64,000 nt of DNA from NCBI GenBank assembly GCA_963737065.1, contig CAVTRC010000002.1, forward strand, positions 1 through 64,000. The letters are read 5' to 3'. The notes beneath the pieces are model-generated. The model had not been told where the DNA came from and made no database searches. It saw nothing but the letters and a program-made list of their open reading frames with translations. Made by a program: the position numbers and the translations under genes. Source of the stretch: Candidatus Eremiobacteria bacterium (GTDB taxonomy: Bacteria; Vulcanimicrobiota; Vulcanimicrobiia; Vulcanimicrobiales; Vulcanimicrobiaceae). Shown here in pieces: positions 1 through 8,076 of this stretch. The stretch's first letter is position 1; every line of letters begins with the position of its first letter.

Positions 1-57
1 CGGGCGCGTCGCGCTAGCTAATCTAAGGACTCGTTTACCGCCGAGCGTTAGTTTTTA

Positions 58-78
58 GGTATATACTTTGTTTATACC
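58..78. promoter_or_regulatory. Putative mazEF autoregulatory operator (GGTATA-N9-TATACC inverted repeat)
   Basis: Inverted repeat in the AT-rich stretch directly upstream of the antitoxin gene; typical position for TA operators. Confidence 0.45.
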
Positions 79-114
79 GGGCTACTCATACTCGCGAGAA
101 AGGCGAACTTTGCG

Positions 115-366
115 GTGTTAGGTTTGACGACGATTTTAGACCGCTGGGGAAACAGCCTCGGCGTGCGCTTACCCAAAGCGGTAATCGAAAGCGCCGGCCT
201 CCGCGAGGGGGACCGGGTCCATATTCAAGTCGAGAACGGAATGGTCGTTATTCGCGCAGCCAAGCCACGGTATTCGCTAGATGAATTACTTGAGGGAGTC
301 ACACCCGGATCGATGCACGCGGAGAGCGCAACGTCAGGTGTCATCGGCGCTGAAGACATTTGGTAA
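115..366 (+). CDS. mazE: AbrB/MazE/SpoVT-family antitoxin
   Basis: RWGNSLGVRLP N-terminal motif and YSLDELL; stop overlaps toxin start (TAATG); start could be TTG 124. Confidence 0.9.
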   Translation: MLGLTTILDRWGNSLGVRLPKAVIESAGLREGDRVHIQVENGMVVIRAAKPRYSLDELLEGVTPGSMHAESATSGVIGAEDIW

Positions 367-704
367 TGGCCTACGTTCCGGATCGAGGCGACATTGTGTA
401 CGTGGACTTCTCGCCGCAGATCGGCCATGAGCAGGCTAATCGACGGCCTGCTCTCGTGCTAAGTCCGAGCCAATACAATGCGTTGACGGGACTGTTTCTT
501 GTCGTCCCGATAACGTCGAAGGTCAAGGGATTTCGATTCGAGGTGCCGCTGCCTTCAACGTGCGGGACGCAAGGGGTCGTGCTTGCCGACCACGTGAAAA
601 GTTTTGATTGGCGCGGCAGGGGCGCTTTGTTTGAAGAAACGGTACCCGAGACGGTTGTCGATGAGGTCGTTGCGCGGATCGCGGCGCTTCTAAAGCTGAC
701 TTAG
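366..704 (+). CDS. mazF: PemK/MazF-family endoribonuclease toxin
   Basis: YVPDRGDIVYVDFSPQIGHEQANRRPALVLS and VPITS motifs. Confidence 0.93.
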   Translation: MAYVPDRGDIVYVDFSPQIGHEQANRRPALVLSPSQYNALTGLFLVVPITSKVKGFRFEVPLPSTCGTQGVVLADHVKSFDWRGRGALFEETVPETVVDEVVARIAALLKLT

Positions 705-708
705 CGAA

Positions 709-810
709 TTATGTCTGCGCGTGGTGCAGAACCCGATCGAGCATGGCGGCCGTCATCGTAGCATCACGGGCAAACGTCGCACGGGGAACGTTACTCGCGC
801 GCAGCGTAAT
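709..810 (-). mobile_element. istB: Degenerate IS21-family istB (ATP-binding helper) fragment
   Basis: Translation TFARDATMTAAMLDRVLHHA resembles the IstB C-terminal motif F.D....A.LDRL.HH; rest of gene absent. Confidence 0.65.
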
Positions 811-860
811 GACTTTCCGTACGCTCGCGACAGCCAACGGCAGAATGGGACGTTGCATTA

Positions 861-1760
861 ATGTATTTCGGTAAACTGCGTTCTTTGATTTTTCTTTTGC
901 TCTTGGCCGGGTGTGCAGGTTCTGCAACCCCGTTCATCGGCCCGAGCCCGGGATCCATGGTGAACTTTACAAAGCTCGTCAGCATCGGCAGCCGTGGATT
1001 GTTTATGCACTGCGCCGGACCGTCGAACGGGATTCCGATTGTTTTTATCAACGGTGCCGGTGACACGCTCGAAGTGTGGTCGCAGATTCAAGCGTCGCTT
1101 TCGACGGCGGCGCTCACGTGCAGCTACGATCCGGCCGGCATCGGCAGCAGCGATCCGCTGCCCGGATCGACGACGAATCTGGCTGAAGAAGCTTCCGACT
1201 TACACGCGCTCTTAGCAGCAGCGCAAATTCCTTCGCCGCGGCTTATCGTCGGGCACTCGATCGGCGGATCGACGGCGGTGTACTACGCGCATGCCTATCC
1301 TAGGGAGGTCTCGGGAGCGGTGGTACTCGACCCGACGTGGATTCCGGTGTTCCAGTTATCGATCTTGACGCAGGAACTCACGGCCGCGTCATACGATCCG
1401 AACGCGGTTCTCCAAGAGATGCAGAGCGTCACGTCGCTTGGCTCGCTACCATTGACCGTCTTGTCGCATGACCCGAATCTCGGACCGGCCCAAGATCCCG
1501 CGCTTGATGCTCAATTGCATGCCTTGTTTCCGAACCTTGAGACGTTGTGGACCCAAGGGCAAGTCGAGATCGCGCATCTCTCAGCGAAGGGGACGCAAGC
1601 ATCAGTACCCGGCGCGTGGCACTATATTATGCTTGCGGCACCGCAAACCGTTTTAACGGCAATCGAGCAACTCGCCGGGATACCGCCTGGTGAAATTACG
1701 TTCTCCTCGTCAAGAACTGCGCAGCCGACGTCGTCCAGGCACTACACGTCGTTCTTCTAG
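861..1760 (+). CDS. Alpha/beta hydrolase lipoprotein
   Basis: Lipobox LLAGC; YDPAGIGSS; nucleophile motif GHSIGG; C-terminal His (GAWH). Confidence 0.85.
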   Translation: MYFGKLRSLIFLLLLAGCAGSATPFIGPSPGSMVNFTKLVSIGSRGLFMHCAGPSNGIPIVFINGAGDTLEVWSQIQASLSTAALTCSYDPAGIGSSDPLPGSTTNLAEEASDLHALLAAAQIPSPRLIVGHSIGGSTAVYYAHAYPREVSGAVVLDPTWIPVFQLSILTQELTAASYDPNAVLQEMQSVTSLGSLPLTVLSHDPNLGPAQDPALDAQLHALFPNLETLWTQGQVEIAHLSAKGTQASVPGAWHYIMLAAPQTVLTAIEQLAGIPPGEITFSSSRTAQPTSSRHYTSFF

Positions 1761-1919
1761 TGCGGTTTCTCGCTTCGTCGAGAAATTGACGGCTGGTCTG
1801 ATTGTTCGTACCAGCTGCGATCGCTTTGTGCACGAGCTTGCGCGATGACTTCGAGACTTGGCGGCAGCTCGAGAACCGCAGTATTGTGGTAGGTCGGACG
1901 CAATGCGGAGGCTTCGAGT

Positions 1920-3098
1920 ATGCGGGCTGTCGTCTTAAAGAAACCGCGTGAGATCACGATCGATGAGATCGAGGAGCCGAAAATAAAAGCTCCAACGGAT
2001 GCTTTGCTGCGATTGTCTTCAACGGCGATTTGCGGCACGGATCTGCATATCTATGAAGGCCGGCTCGGCGGCGACAGTTTGGTGATTGGACACGAACCGC
2101 TCGGCACGGTCCAAGACGTCGGGGATGCGGTTGTCAACGTGCGCGTCGGCGACCGCGTCACGGTCCCAACGCATATATGTTGTGGTTTCTGTCGAAATTG
2201 CGTGCACGGTTTTTCCGCGCAGTGCTTAACGACAAATCCGGGCAAGGCGGGTGCTGCTTACGGCTATCCCGGCATGGGTGAGTACGCGGGCGCGCAGACG
2301 GAGATGCTGCGGGTTCCATTCGCCGATGCGAACTGTTTGCGATTGCTGGGTGAACCCGGGGATTCGTGGGAGCACGATTTCGTGCTGCTCGCGGACGCGC
2401 TTCCGACGGCATATCATGCAACCGAACTCGCGAAAATAGTGCCGGGCGACGTTGTAGTGATCTACGGCGCCGGCGCGATCGGACTGCTCACTGCAATGTG
2501 CGCTTTCTTGCGTGGCGCGGAGCAAGTTTTTGTCGTCGATGCAATTACTGAGCGCCTGCAAAAAGCGAGCGAGCTTGGCGCGCAGCCAATCGACATGAAA
2601 GAGGGCGACGCCGTGGAGCGCATTTACGAACAGCTTGCGCGCCAACGATGCGGCGTCGCATGGCGTGGCGAGGAAGCGCAGATCGGCGCGACGGTTGGGA
2701 TTGATGCGGTCGGTTTTCAGGCGCGCGACCCGCACCATTTTGAGATCGAAAAGCCGACGACCGTTATCCATGATCTTGCCCGCATCATCGCTCCCAAAGG
2801 CAGGTTGAGTATCATCGGCGTTTTCACGGACAGCGACGCTCAGGCGCCTAATGAAGCCGCCAAGCACGGCGATCAGCTGATCCCATGGGGCACGCTGTTC
2901 AAAAAGGGCATTCGCGTGGCGTTCGGGCGAGACGACGACGAGCGCTATAACGACTTTCTGCGCGATATGATCGTTGCGGACAGAATCAAGCCCGGCCGCA
3001 TCGTCTCGCACCGGCTGCCTCTACGCGACGCGGCCGATGCTTTCGAGAAGTTTGATGCGCGCAGCGAGGGTTATATCAAGGTGGTTCTCGAGCCTTAA
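1920..3098 (+). CDS. Zn-dependent alcohol dehydrogenase, glutathione-independent formaldehyde dehydrogenase-like
   Basis: CGTDLH, GHEPLG, CGFCRNC structural Zn site, LADALPT, GAGAIG. Confidence 0.9.
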   Translation: MRAVVLKKPREITIDEIEEPKIKAPTDALLRLSSTAICGTDLHIYEGRLGGDSLVIGHEPLGTVQDVGDAVVNVRVGDRVTVPTHICCGFCRNCVHGFSAQCLTTNPGKAGAAYGYPGMGEYAGAQTEMLRVPFADANCLRLLGEPGDSWEHDFVLLADALPTAYHATELAKIVPGDVVVIYGAGAIGLLTAMCAFLRGAEQVFVVDAITERLQKASELGAQPIDMKEGDAVERIYEQLARQRCGVAWRGEEAQIGATVGIDAVGFQARDPHHFEIEKPTTVIHDLARIIAPKGRLSIIGVFTDSDAQAPNEAAKHGDQLIPWGTLFKKGIRVAFGRDDDERYNDFLRDMIVADRIKPGRIVSHRLPLRDAADAFEKFDARSEGYIKVVLEP

Positions 3099-3117
3099 TA
3101 AGGAAGATTGATAACCG

Positions 3118-3384
3118 TTAGGAACGCGCCGGGTACTGCGACCTCGCCTTTTTAACCATGTCGCGCAGCTCTGCTGCGTAGAACGTTACGGCGTCTTTGC
3201 GCAACATGAGGTCGGGAGCGACGCTGCGCGCCGCGTCGTGCACGATCGAGACGCACGTCTCATCACTTGGGAATGCGGCGTCCGACGAGGCGAGCTCGAA
3301 CGCGAATCTCTTTAGCGACTCCCACACGAGTTCCATGACATTGACGTGCGTGTGGACCTTTTTGCCGCGGTCGAGATCTCGCAT
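3118..3384 (-). CDS. Hypothetical protein (88 aa), downstream of the LuxR-type regulator
   Basis: ATG-started ORF with plausible helical composition, 40 bp after the regulator stop. Confidence 0.55.
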   Translation of the reverse strand: MRDLDRGKKVHTHVNVMELVWESLKRFAFELASSDAAFPSDETCVSIVHDAARSVAPDLMLRKDAVTFYAAELRDMVKKARSQYPARS

Positions 3385-3424
3385 GTCTCGTTTCTTATAC
3401 GTCTGGTATCGCGGGTGTCACAGC

Positions 3425-4912
3425 CTACGCGGCAGAGCGGCCGCCGAGGCGAAGCCATTCGCGTGCGAGCTCAGATCGTTTCGACACTTGGAAGATGCGA
3501 TGGAGTACGCGGATATGCTCCTTCACCGTATTTTCCGATAACGAAAGCGCTTCTGCGATCTCGCGGTTCGTCTGCGAAGCTGCTACGCGTTCGAGAATCG
3601 TCTGGCGCCGCGCCGTGACGTGCCGCATCGGGCCGCGCCGCAGCAACAGCTCTTGGAAGAGCGGAGAACGATCGTGGCGCTCGACGAAATCGTGAACCTT
3701 ATCGAGCCAATGCGACATCCGGCTGCAATCGTACGCGCGCAGCGCGGCCAGTGCCGAACGGAACTCGTAGCCGATCTCGTGGAACGTGCGATGCGCCTCG
3801 CGCGCGTGAACCAATGCGGTGTGTTCGTTCGCAGCGACGATAGCGCGTGCTAAAGCACGGAAGCCGCGTACCGCGGGATGCTGCTGCGCACCGAGCGCTG
3901 AGGTGAAGGGCGACTGCTCTACGCGTTCCAGCAAACGCGTCGTTCGCTGCGCGTCGTGCGCGAAGAGTACATCGACGGAGCCATAAAATGAAACGGGCGC
4001 ATCATTCTGAATGGAAAGCCAGTTGATGTCTTCAAATGCGTCAAACGCATGGCGTGCCGCAACCGCTTCATTGACGGCATCGGTTGCAAGTTTGCATATA
4101 CGCGCGCGGTCGGTCGCCGCGACTGCCGCCTGCAAGGACGACGTAGCCATCGGTAAGCGGTCGAGCCGATAAATTGCGTCGATGTAGTTTCCGTCTTGCG
4201 CCGCAAGCCACGCAAGAGCGCGCTCACAATAGAAGCGATCGTCGTTGCGCAATTCTTGCCAGTTGATGGCGCGCAGCAAATCGCAGACGCGTGGTCCGAT
4301 TTCGCCCAAATCCGTTTCACGCGCGAGCACGGCCAACGGGTGCGCGATAATGCCGATGAGACCAACGTCGACGTTGTGCTCGAGCGCAATGGTGAGCGCG
4401 TTGCTGAGGATCGCTGCGCGCTGCGATAGCGAATGCGTCGCCCACGCTCGAAGTTCGAGCTGTTGAACCCGTTGCGTCGGCGTCTTCGGACGCGCGTTGC
4501 GCAGGAGCGCGACCGCCTCATCGTGGTCGCCATCCATCCATCGAAGCAGCGCGTGCATTCGCATGACGTCCGCTTCAATGAGCGCGTCCGTTGCGTGTTC
4601 AACCGGCGGAGTGCATGAGACGTGCGAAGACATCGCGCGTTCTGCATAGATGCGGAAAAGCGTCGCGAGGCGTCGATCGTCATCGGAAAAGCGTTGCAGA
4701 AACGCAGATGCCGCGACGATATCATTCCATCGCCGTTGGCGAGCAGCAATATCGACCAGCAGCCGCGCGTCATCGCGACTCGCGGGCTGAGCGAGTATTT
4801 CGCGCGCTTCTTTGTACGCTCCGCGGCGGAACGCGGCAAGGGCGATTTCGTAGTTGGTCAAGGGCGCCTTCGTATAAAGCAATTCGAGATTGGTGTCGAC
4901 CTTGGCTGACAC
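3425..4912 (-). CDS. Helical-repeat (TPR-like) protein with C-terminal LuxR-type HTH; putative peptide-sensing regulator
   Basis: C-terminal TARRQTILERVAASQTNREIAEALSLSENTVKEHIRVL is a LuxR/GerE HTH; Ala-rich helical body with no Walker A or receiver domain seen; GTG 4912 has RBS AAGGAGGT 8 nt upstream. Confidence 0.85.
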   Translation of the reverse strand: MSAKVDTNLELLYTKAPLTNYEIALAAFRRGAYKEAREILAQPASRDDARLLVDIAARQRRWNDIVAASAFLQRFSDDDRRLATLFRIYAERAMSSHVSCTPPVEHATDALIEADVMRMHALLRWMDGDHDEAVALLRNARPKTPTQRVQQLELRAWATHSLSQRAAILSNALTIALEHNVDVGLIGIIAHPLAVLARETDLGEIGPRVCDLLRAINWQELRNDDRFYCERALAWLAAQDGNYIDAIYRLDRLPMATSSLQAAVAATDRARICKLATDAVNEAVAARHAFDAFEDINWLSIQNDAPVSFYGSVDVLFAHDAQRTTRLLERVEQSPFTSALGAQQHPAVRGFRALARAIVAANEHTALVHAREAHRTFHEIGYEFRSALAALRAYDCSRMSHWLDKVHDFVERHDRSPLFQELLLRRGPMRHVTARRQTILERVAASQTNREIAEALSLSENTVKEHIRVLHRIFQVSKRSELAREWLRLGGRSAA

Positions 4913-4952
4913 CCGGCTCGACCTCCTTCGCACTCTTGGCCCTTAAGACCGC

Positions 4953-5156
4953 CTACTTCGAGGGGCCCCCGATCGAATCGGCGGTTTTCGGCTGTTGTGA
5001 CGGGCCGCCGATGGAATCGCTGCCCGACACGCGCGACGGCGCGGCGATTCGATGAGGCGGCGTGACGGTGGTCGCCGATGGTCCTCCGATCGAATCGGCG
5101 GGCGCGACCCAGCCTACCATAGCGGTTACGAGGGTGAAGAAAAGCGAAGTCAGCAT
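4953..5156 (-). CDS. Small secreted precursor peptide with three DSIGGPS repeats
   Basis: RBS AAAGGAG 7 nt before ATG; hydrophobic N-terminus ending in APA; three identical heptapeptides encoded with different synonymous codons. Confidence 0.85.
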   Translation of the reverse strand: MLTSLFFTLVTAMVGWVAPADSIGGPSATTVTPPHRIAAPSRVSGSDSIGGPSQQPKTADSIGGPSK

Positions 5157-5181
5157 CGAGCGGCTCCTTTGAAACAGACTT

Positions 5182-5199
5182 CTAGTAGCACCCTACTAG
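5182..5199. promoter_or_regulatory. 18-bp palindrome CTAGTAG-CACC-CTACTAG, candidate operator
   Basis: Perfect 7-bp arms in the divergent intergenic region, 25 bp upstream of the peptide gene. Confidence 0.55.
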
Positions 5200-5281
5200 G
5201 TTTATCGAGAAAATGGGAGTCGTCTCCCGGTTTTTGTGACTTTTTTGTGGCGCGACCCGGTGGGCATACTTAAATTTCCCG

Positions 5282-5755
5282 ATGGTCGATCTACTGCGGG
5301 TTCGGTACGCTTTGCCCATGGACTTCCCGGGGTTCCGCGCAAAGCCGCTCACCGTGAGCGCCGGTCAGCGTTCTTTCGTGTGCCGTCGCCGGCAGCACGC
5401 ACGGCTGACCAGTTTCCAAGCCGCCATCTGGGCCGGCCGGATCGGCGAGCAATTTGGCTTCGAACCGGCGCAGAACTCATCGTTGCGAAGCGCGGCGAGG
5501 GCGGCGGCTTTCGCACGTCTCGCCGGGTGCGTTACGAACCGCCGTCGGATGCCGCGAGAGTGGGAAGCGATCGTCTCGGTCGCGCTCGAATTTACCGCCG
5601 CCATTTCGCCGTTCGAAGGCGCACCGGCCGTCCCGAACCACGCGATTCGAACGCTACTCGATTCGCCCGAGTCACCGCGTCGCGCAGCGGCGTATGCGCT
5701 CGCCGGGTGCTTGGCGTTCGCGACAACTACTCGCGCCCGAATGTCCGCACGGTAG
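5282..5755 (+). CDS. Hypothetical protein, possibly degenerate HD-GYP-like
   Basis: IVSVALEFTAAISP loosely resembles the HD-GYP C-terminal helix (I.AVAD.F.A.TS); catalytic HD absent; TAAATT just upstream of ATG. Confidence 0.45.
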   Translation: MVDLLRVRYALPMDFPGFRAKPLTVSAGQRSFVCRRRQHARLTSFQAAIWAGRIGEQFGFEPAQNSSLRSAARAAAFARLAGCVTNRRRMPREWEAIVSVALEFTAAISPFEGAPAVPNHAIRTLLDSPESPRRAAAYALAGCLAFATTTRARMSAR

Positions 5756-5756
5756 C

Positions 5757-6152
5757 TTAGGGACCGCGGTACGCCAAGTCGAGGATGCGGAAGACTTGCC
5801 CACCCGGTGCGGCAAAGTAGCGGTGCGGGCTCGCGGGATGCGTAAACGACGCAATTCCCGCGCGGTCTAGACGCTCGTGCACACCCGCTACATCGCCGGT
5901 CCGGAACTCGATCCACGCGCCTTTGAAGGCATTTTCGTACACCGGCTTCTCTGGTGAGCGAGGCGCAAGGTCCGAGAACTCGACGCTAAACGCGCTCTTA
6001 TCCGGAAACGAGACGAGCAGAATCGGGTGCGGCAGCCCGAAGTCCCGTTCGTGCACATCACATCCGAGCACGTCTCGGAATAACGACGTGAACGCGTCCA
6101 GGGATTCCGGACGCACGAAGAGGTGCACCCGCGCCCCGAGTCCCTCAATCAT
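5757..6152 (-). CDS. VOC/glyoxalase-family protein
   Basis: FRDVLG, WIEFRTGDV and YFAAPGGQVFRI pattern; size. Confidence 0.75.
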   Translation of the reverse strand: MIEGLGARVHLFVRPESLDAFTSLFRDVLGCDVHERDFGLPHPILLVSFPDKSAFSVEFSDLAPRSPEKPVYENAFKGAWIEFRTGDVAGVHERLDRAGIASFTHPASPHRYFAAPGGQVFRILDLAYRGP

Positions 6153-6364
6153 CGGCGTGACAAAGCGGCATCTGGTTCATGCGCTGCGCTTTACACGCAC
6201 CGGCGCATGAGCCATTTGATCGGCTTGCCTGGTCGATGATTTCAGTCACTTCGTAAACCGATTTTGGGTAAACGCCGGTATAGCCACGGCTCTTCGTGTA
6301 GATCTGAAACTCGCGACTTATCAACCGGGATGTGGCTCGCCCGGCACGCTAGGAGATACGATAT

Positions 6365-6682
6365 ATGTTTAATGATGTGGCTGGCCTACTAAAGCAGGTG
6401 ACCACCGGTCAGGTCGATCAGTCGTCGGTGTCGCAAGCCGCAAGCGACCACGTTTCTTCGATGGACCATGCCGACCTGACGCAGCACCTCCAAACGGCGG
6501 CAAATAACGCCGATCAGAACGGGCAGACGGACGTTTCGCAGCAGATCATCGGGATCATCGAACGCGATCGCACCAACACGCAGGCGCTCAAACAAGATGC
6601 CATTTCTCTGATCACAAGCAACCCGCAGATCCTCGAACAGTTCGCTCCCGAATTCGCAAAGAATCTCCTTAGCCGCATTTGA
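6365..6682 (+). CDS. Hypothetical protein
   Basis: RBS AGGAG; coherent helical ORF 1 bp before the next gene. Confidence 0.75.
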   Translation: MFNDVAGLLKQVTTGQVDQSSVSQAASDHVSSMDHADLTQHLQTAANNADQNGQTDVSQQIIGIIERDRTNTQALKQDAISLITSNPQILEQFAPEFAKNLLSRI

Positions 6683-6683
6683 C

Positions 6684-7634
6684 ATGGCGTCGATCGCACT
6701 CTCGTCCTTTGTCCAAGACGCGAAGGCAACGGTTCACGCGTTCTCTGAGGACAAAGCACCGCGGCTGGCGTCGTCTATCGCGTATGCCACGATGTTCGCG
6801 CTGGCTCCGCTCCTTATCGTCATGATTGCGATCCTCGGCTTCGTGATCGGAACGCAAAACGGCGGCCACGGTCATCACGTTGCCGAGGACGCGCTGATAA
6901 ACCAAATCAACGCTCACGCCGGCTCTCAAGCGGGCGCCACGGTACGTGGAATGGTGACGGCTCAATTCAACAAGCCGCGACAAAGCATAATCGCGCAGGT
7001 GATCGGTTGGGTTGTGTTTTTGCTGGCAGCGAGCGGGCTTTTCGGCGCACTTCAAGATGCCCTCAACACGGTGTGGAACGTCGAGCACACGAAGGGCGGC
7101 TGGAAGCAAATGATCCGTGACCGCGTTGCGTCGTTCGGGATGATCGTCGTGGTCGGCTTCGTTCTCGTCGTTTCGTTCGGCGCGAACGCGTTTCTCACGT
7201 TTCTGGCGAACCACTATATCGCGGGCATTCCGTTCCTCGGATCGCCGGTCATCCTCGAAATTATCAACGTCATCTTGAATATCGCAATCATCACGGTCGT
7301 CTTCGCTTCGTTATATAAAGTCTTACCCGACGTGTCGATTCGGTGGAACGACGTATGGTTCGGTGCGCTTGCAACGGCGATATTGTTCGTCATCGGCGAG
7401 GCGCTTATTTCGCTCTATATCGCAAAAGCGGGTATCGCGTCAGCGTACGGTGCGGCTGGTTCCGTGTTGGTGGCGTTGCTGTGGATATACTATTCCGCGA
7501 TGATCCTTTTACTCGGTGCCGAGTATACGAAGATTCGCGCGAAAGGCGCAAAGACGGAAGCTGCAAGCGTGCTCAAAGGAACGGTCGATGTGCCGGCGGG
7601 CGTCGATCCGAGAAAGAGCACCGGAACGACTTGA
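6684..7634 (+). CDS. YihY/BrkB-family membrane protein
   Basis: EDKAPRLASSIAYATMFALAPL, ALNTVW, YKVLP, AYGAAGS..VALLWIYYSA motifs. Confidence 0.92.
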   Translation: MASIALSSFVQDAKATVHAFSEDKAPRLASSIAYATMFALAPLLIVMIAILGFVIGTQNGGHGHHVAEDALINQINAHAGSQAGATVRGMVTAQFNKPRQSIIAQVIGWVVFLLAASGLFGALQDALNTVWNVEHTKGGWKQMIRDRVASFGMIVVVGFVLVVSFGANAFLTFLANHYIAGIPFLGSPVILEIINVILNIAIITVVFASLYKVLPDVSIRWNDVWFGALATAILFVIGEALISLYIAKAGIASAYGAAGSVLVALLWIYYSAMILLLGAEYTKIRAKGAKTEAASVLKGTVDVPAGVDPRKSTGTT

Positions 7635-7676
7635 GATAGGCGCGCTCGCGCGCGTGCACGAGTGTGAACGAATCTT

Positions 7677-7928
7677 TTATCGTTGTCGACGAAGCGAGAC
7701 ACGCTCGAGCAGTTCTCTTTGATAGAACGCTCGAGCGTCGTCGTGCATCGCAGGCAGCGTTTGGCCGATCGCAACGTCTAGTTCGCGCAGCAGGATGTCA
7801 TCGGCCGGAATTTCGCCCGACCGGTAGCGCTGAACGATATCTTTGAGGCGGGTCCACAGTGCATCCGCGCCATCCAGATGCTCGGGCGTCCGTTTGTTCT
7901 CGTACACGTTGCTTGTGTTGGGAAGCAA
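7677..7928 (-). CDS. Hypothetical protein (start uncertain)
   Basis: C-terminal ~80 aa of ORF 7677-8015 is protein-like; the upstream part abuts a terminator. Confidence 0.45.
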   Translation of the reverse strand: MLPNTSNVYENKRTPEHLDGADALWTRLKDIVQRYRSGEIPADDILLRELDVAIGQTLPAMHDDARAFYQRELLERVSLRRQR

Positions 7929-8013
7929 TGGGTCCAAATTCCTGTACCCCGACGGGATCCGTTCGCGGCATGGCGGGCGGACGGTATGCGGACGCCGGCT
8001 CGTGCGTGCGGGC

Positions 8014-8046
8014 AAAAGCGAAGGCCATCCCGTGGATGGCCTTCGT
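8014..8046 (-). terminator. Rho-independent terminator
   Basis: GCGAAGGCCATCC-cgt-GGATGGCCTTCGT hairpin with T-run on the minus strand, after gene 8077-9480. Confidence 0.75.
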
Positions 8047-8076
8047 TCGTTCCCCTCGGTTGTACCAGTTACGGGC

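Noticed and set aside
4959..5096. Mini CRISPR array or DNA repeat interpretation of the three ~21-bp repeats
   Set aside because: Differences are synonymous codon changes, spacers are unequal (57 and 18 bp) and no cas genes are present; it is a protein repeat.
4953..5156. Multicore RiPP precursor
   Set aside because: No modifying enzyme, dedicated peptidase or exporter is adjacent, and the N-terminus looks like a Sec signal. Disfavoured but not excluded, since enzymes could act in trans.
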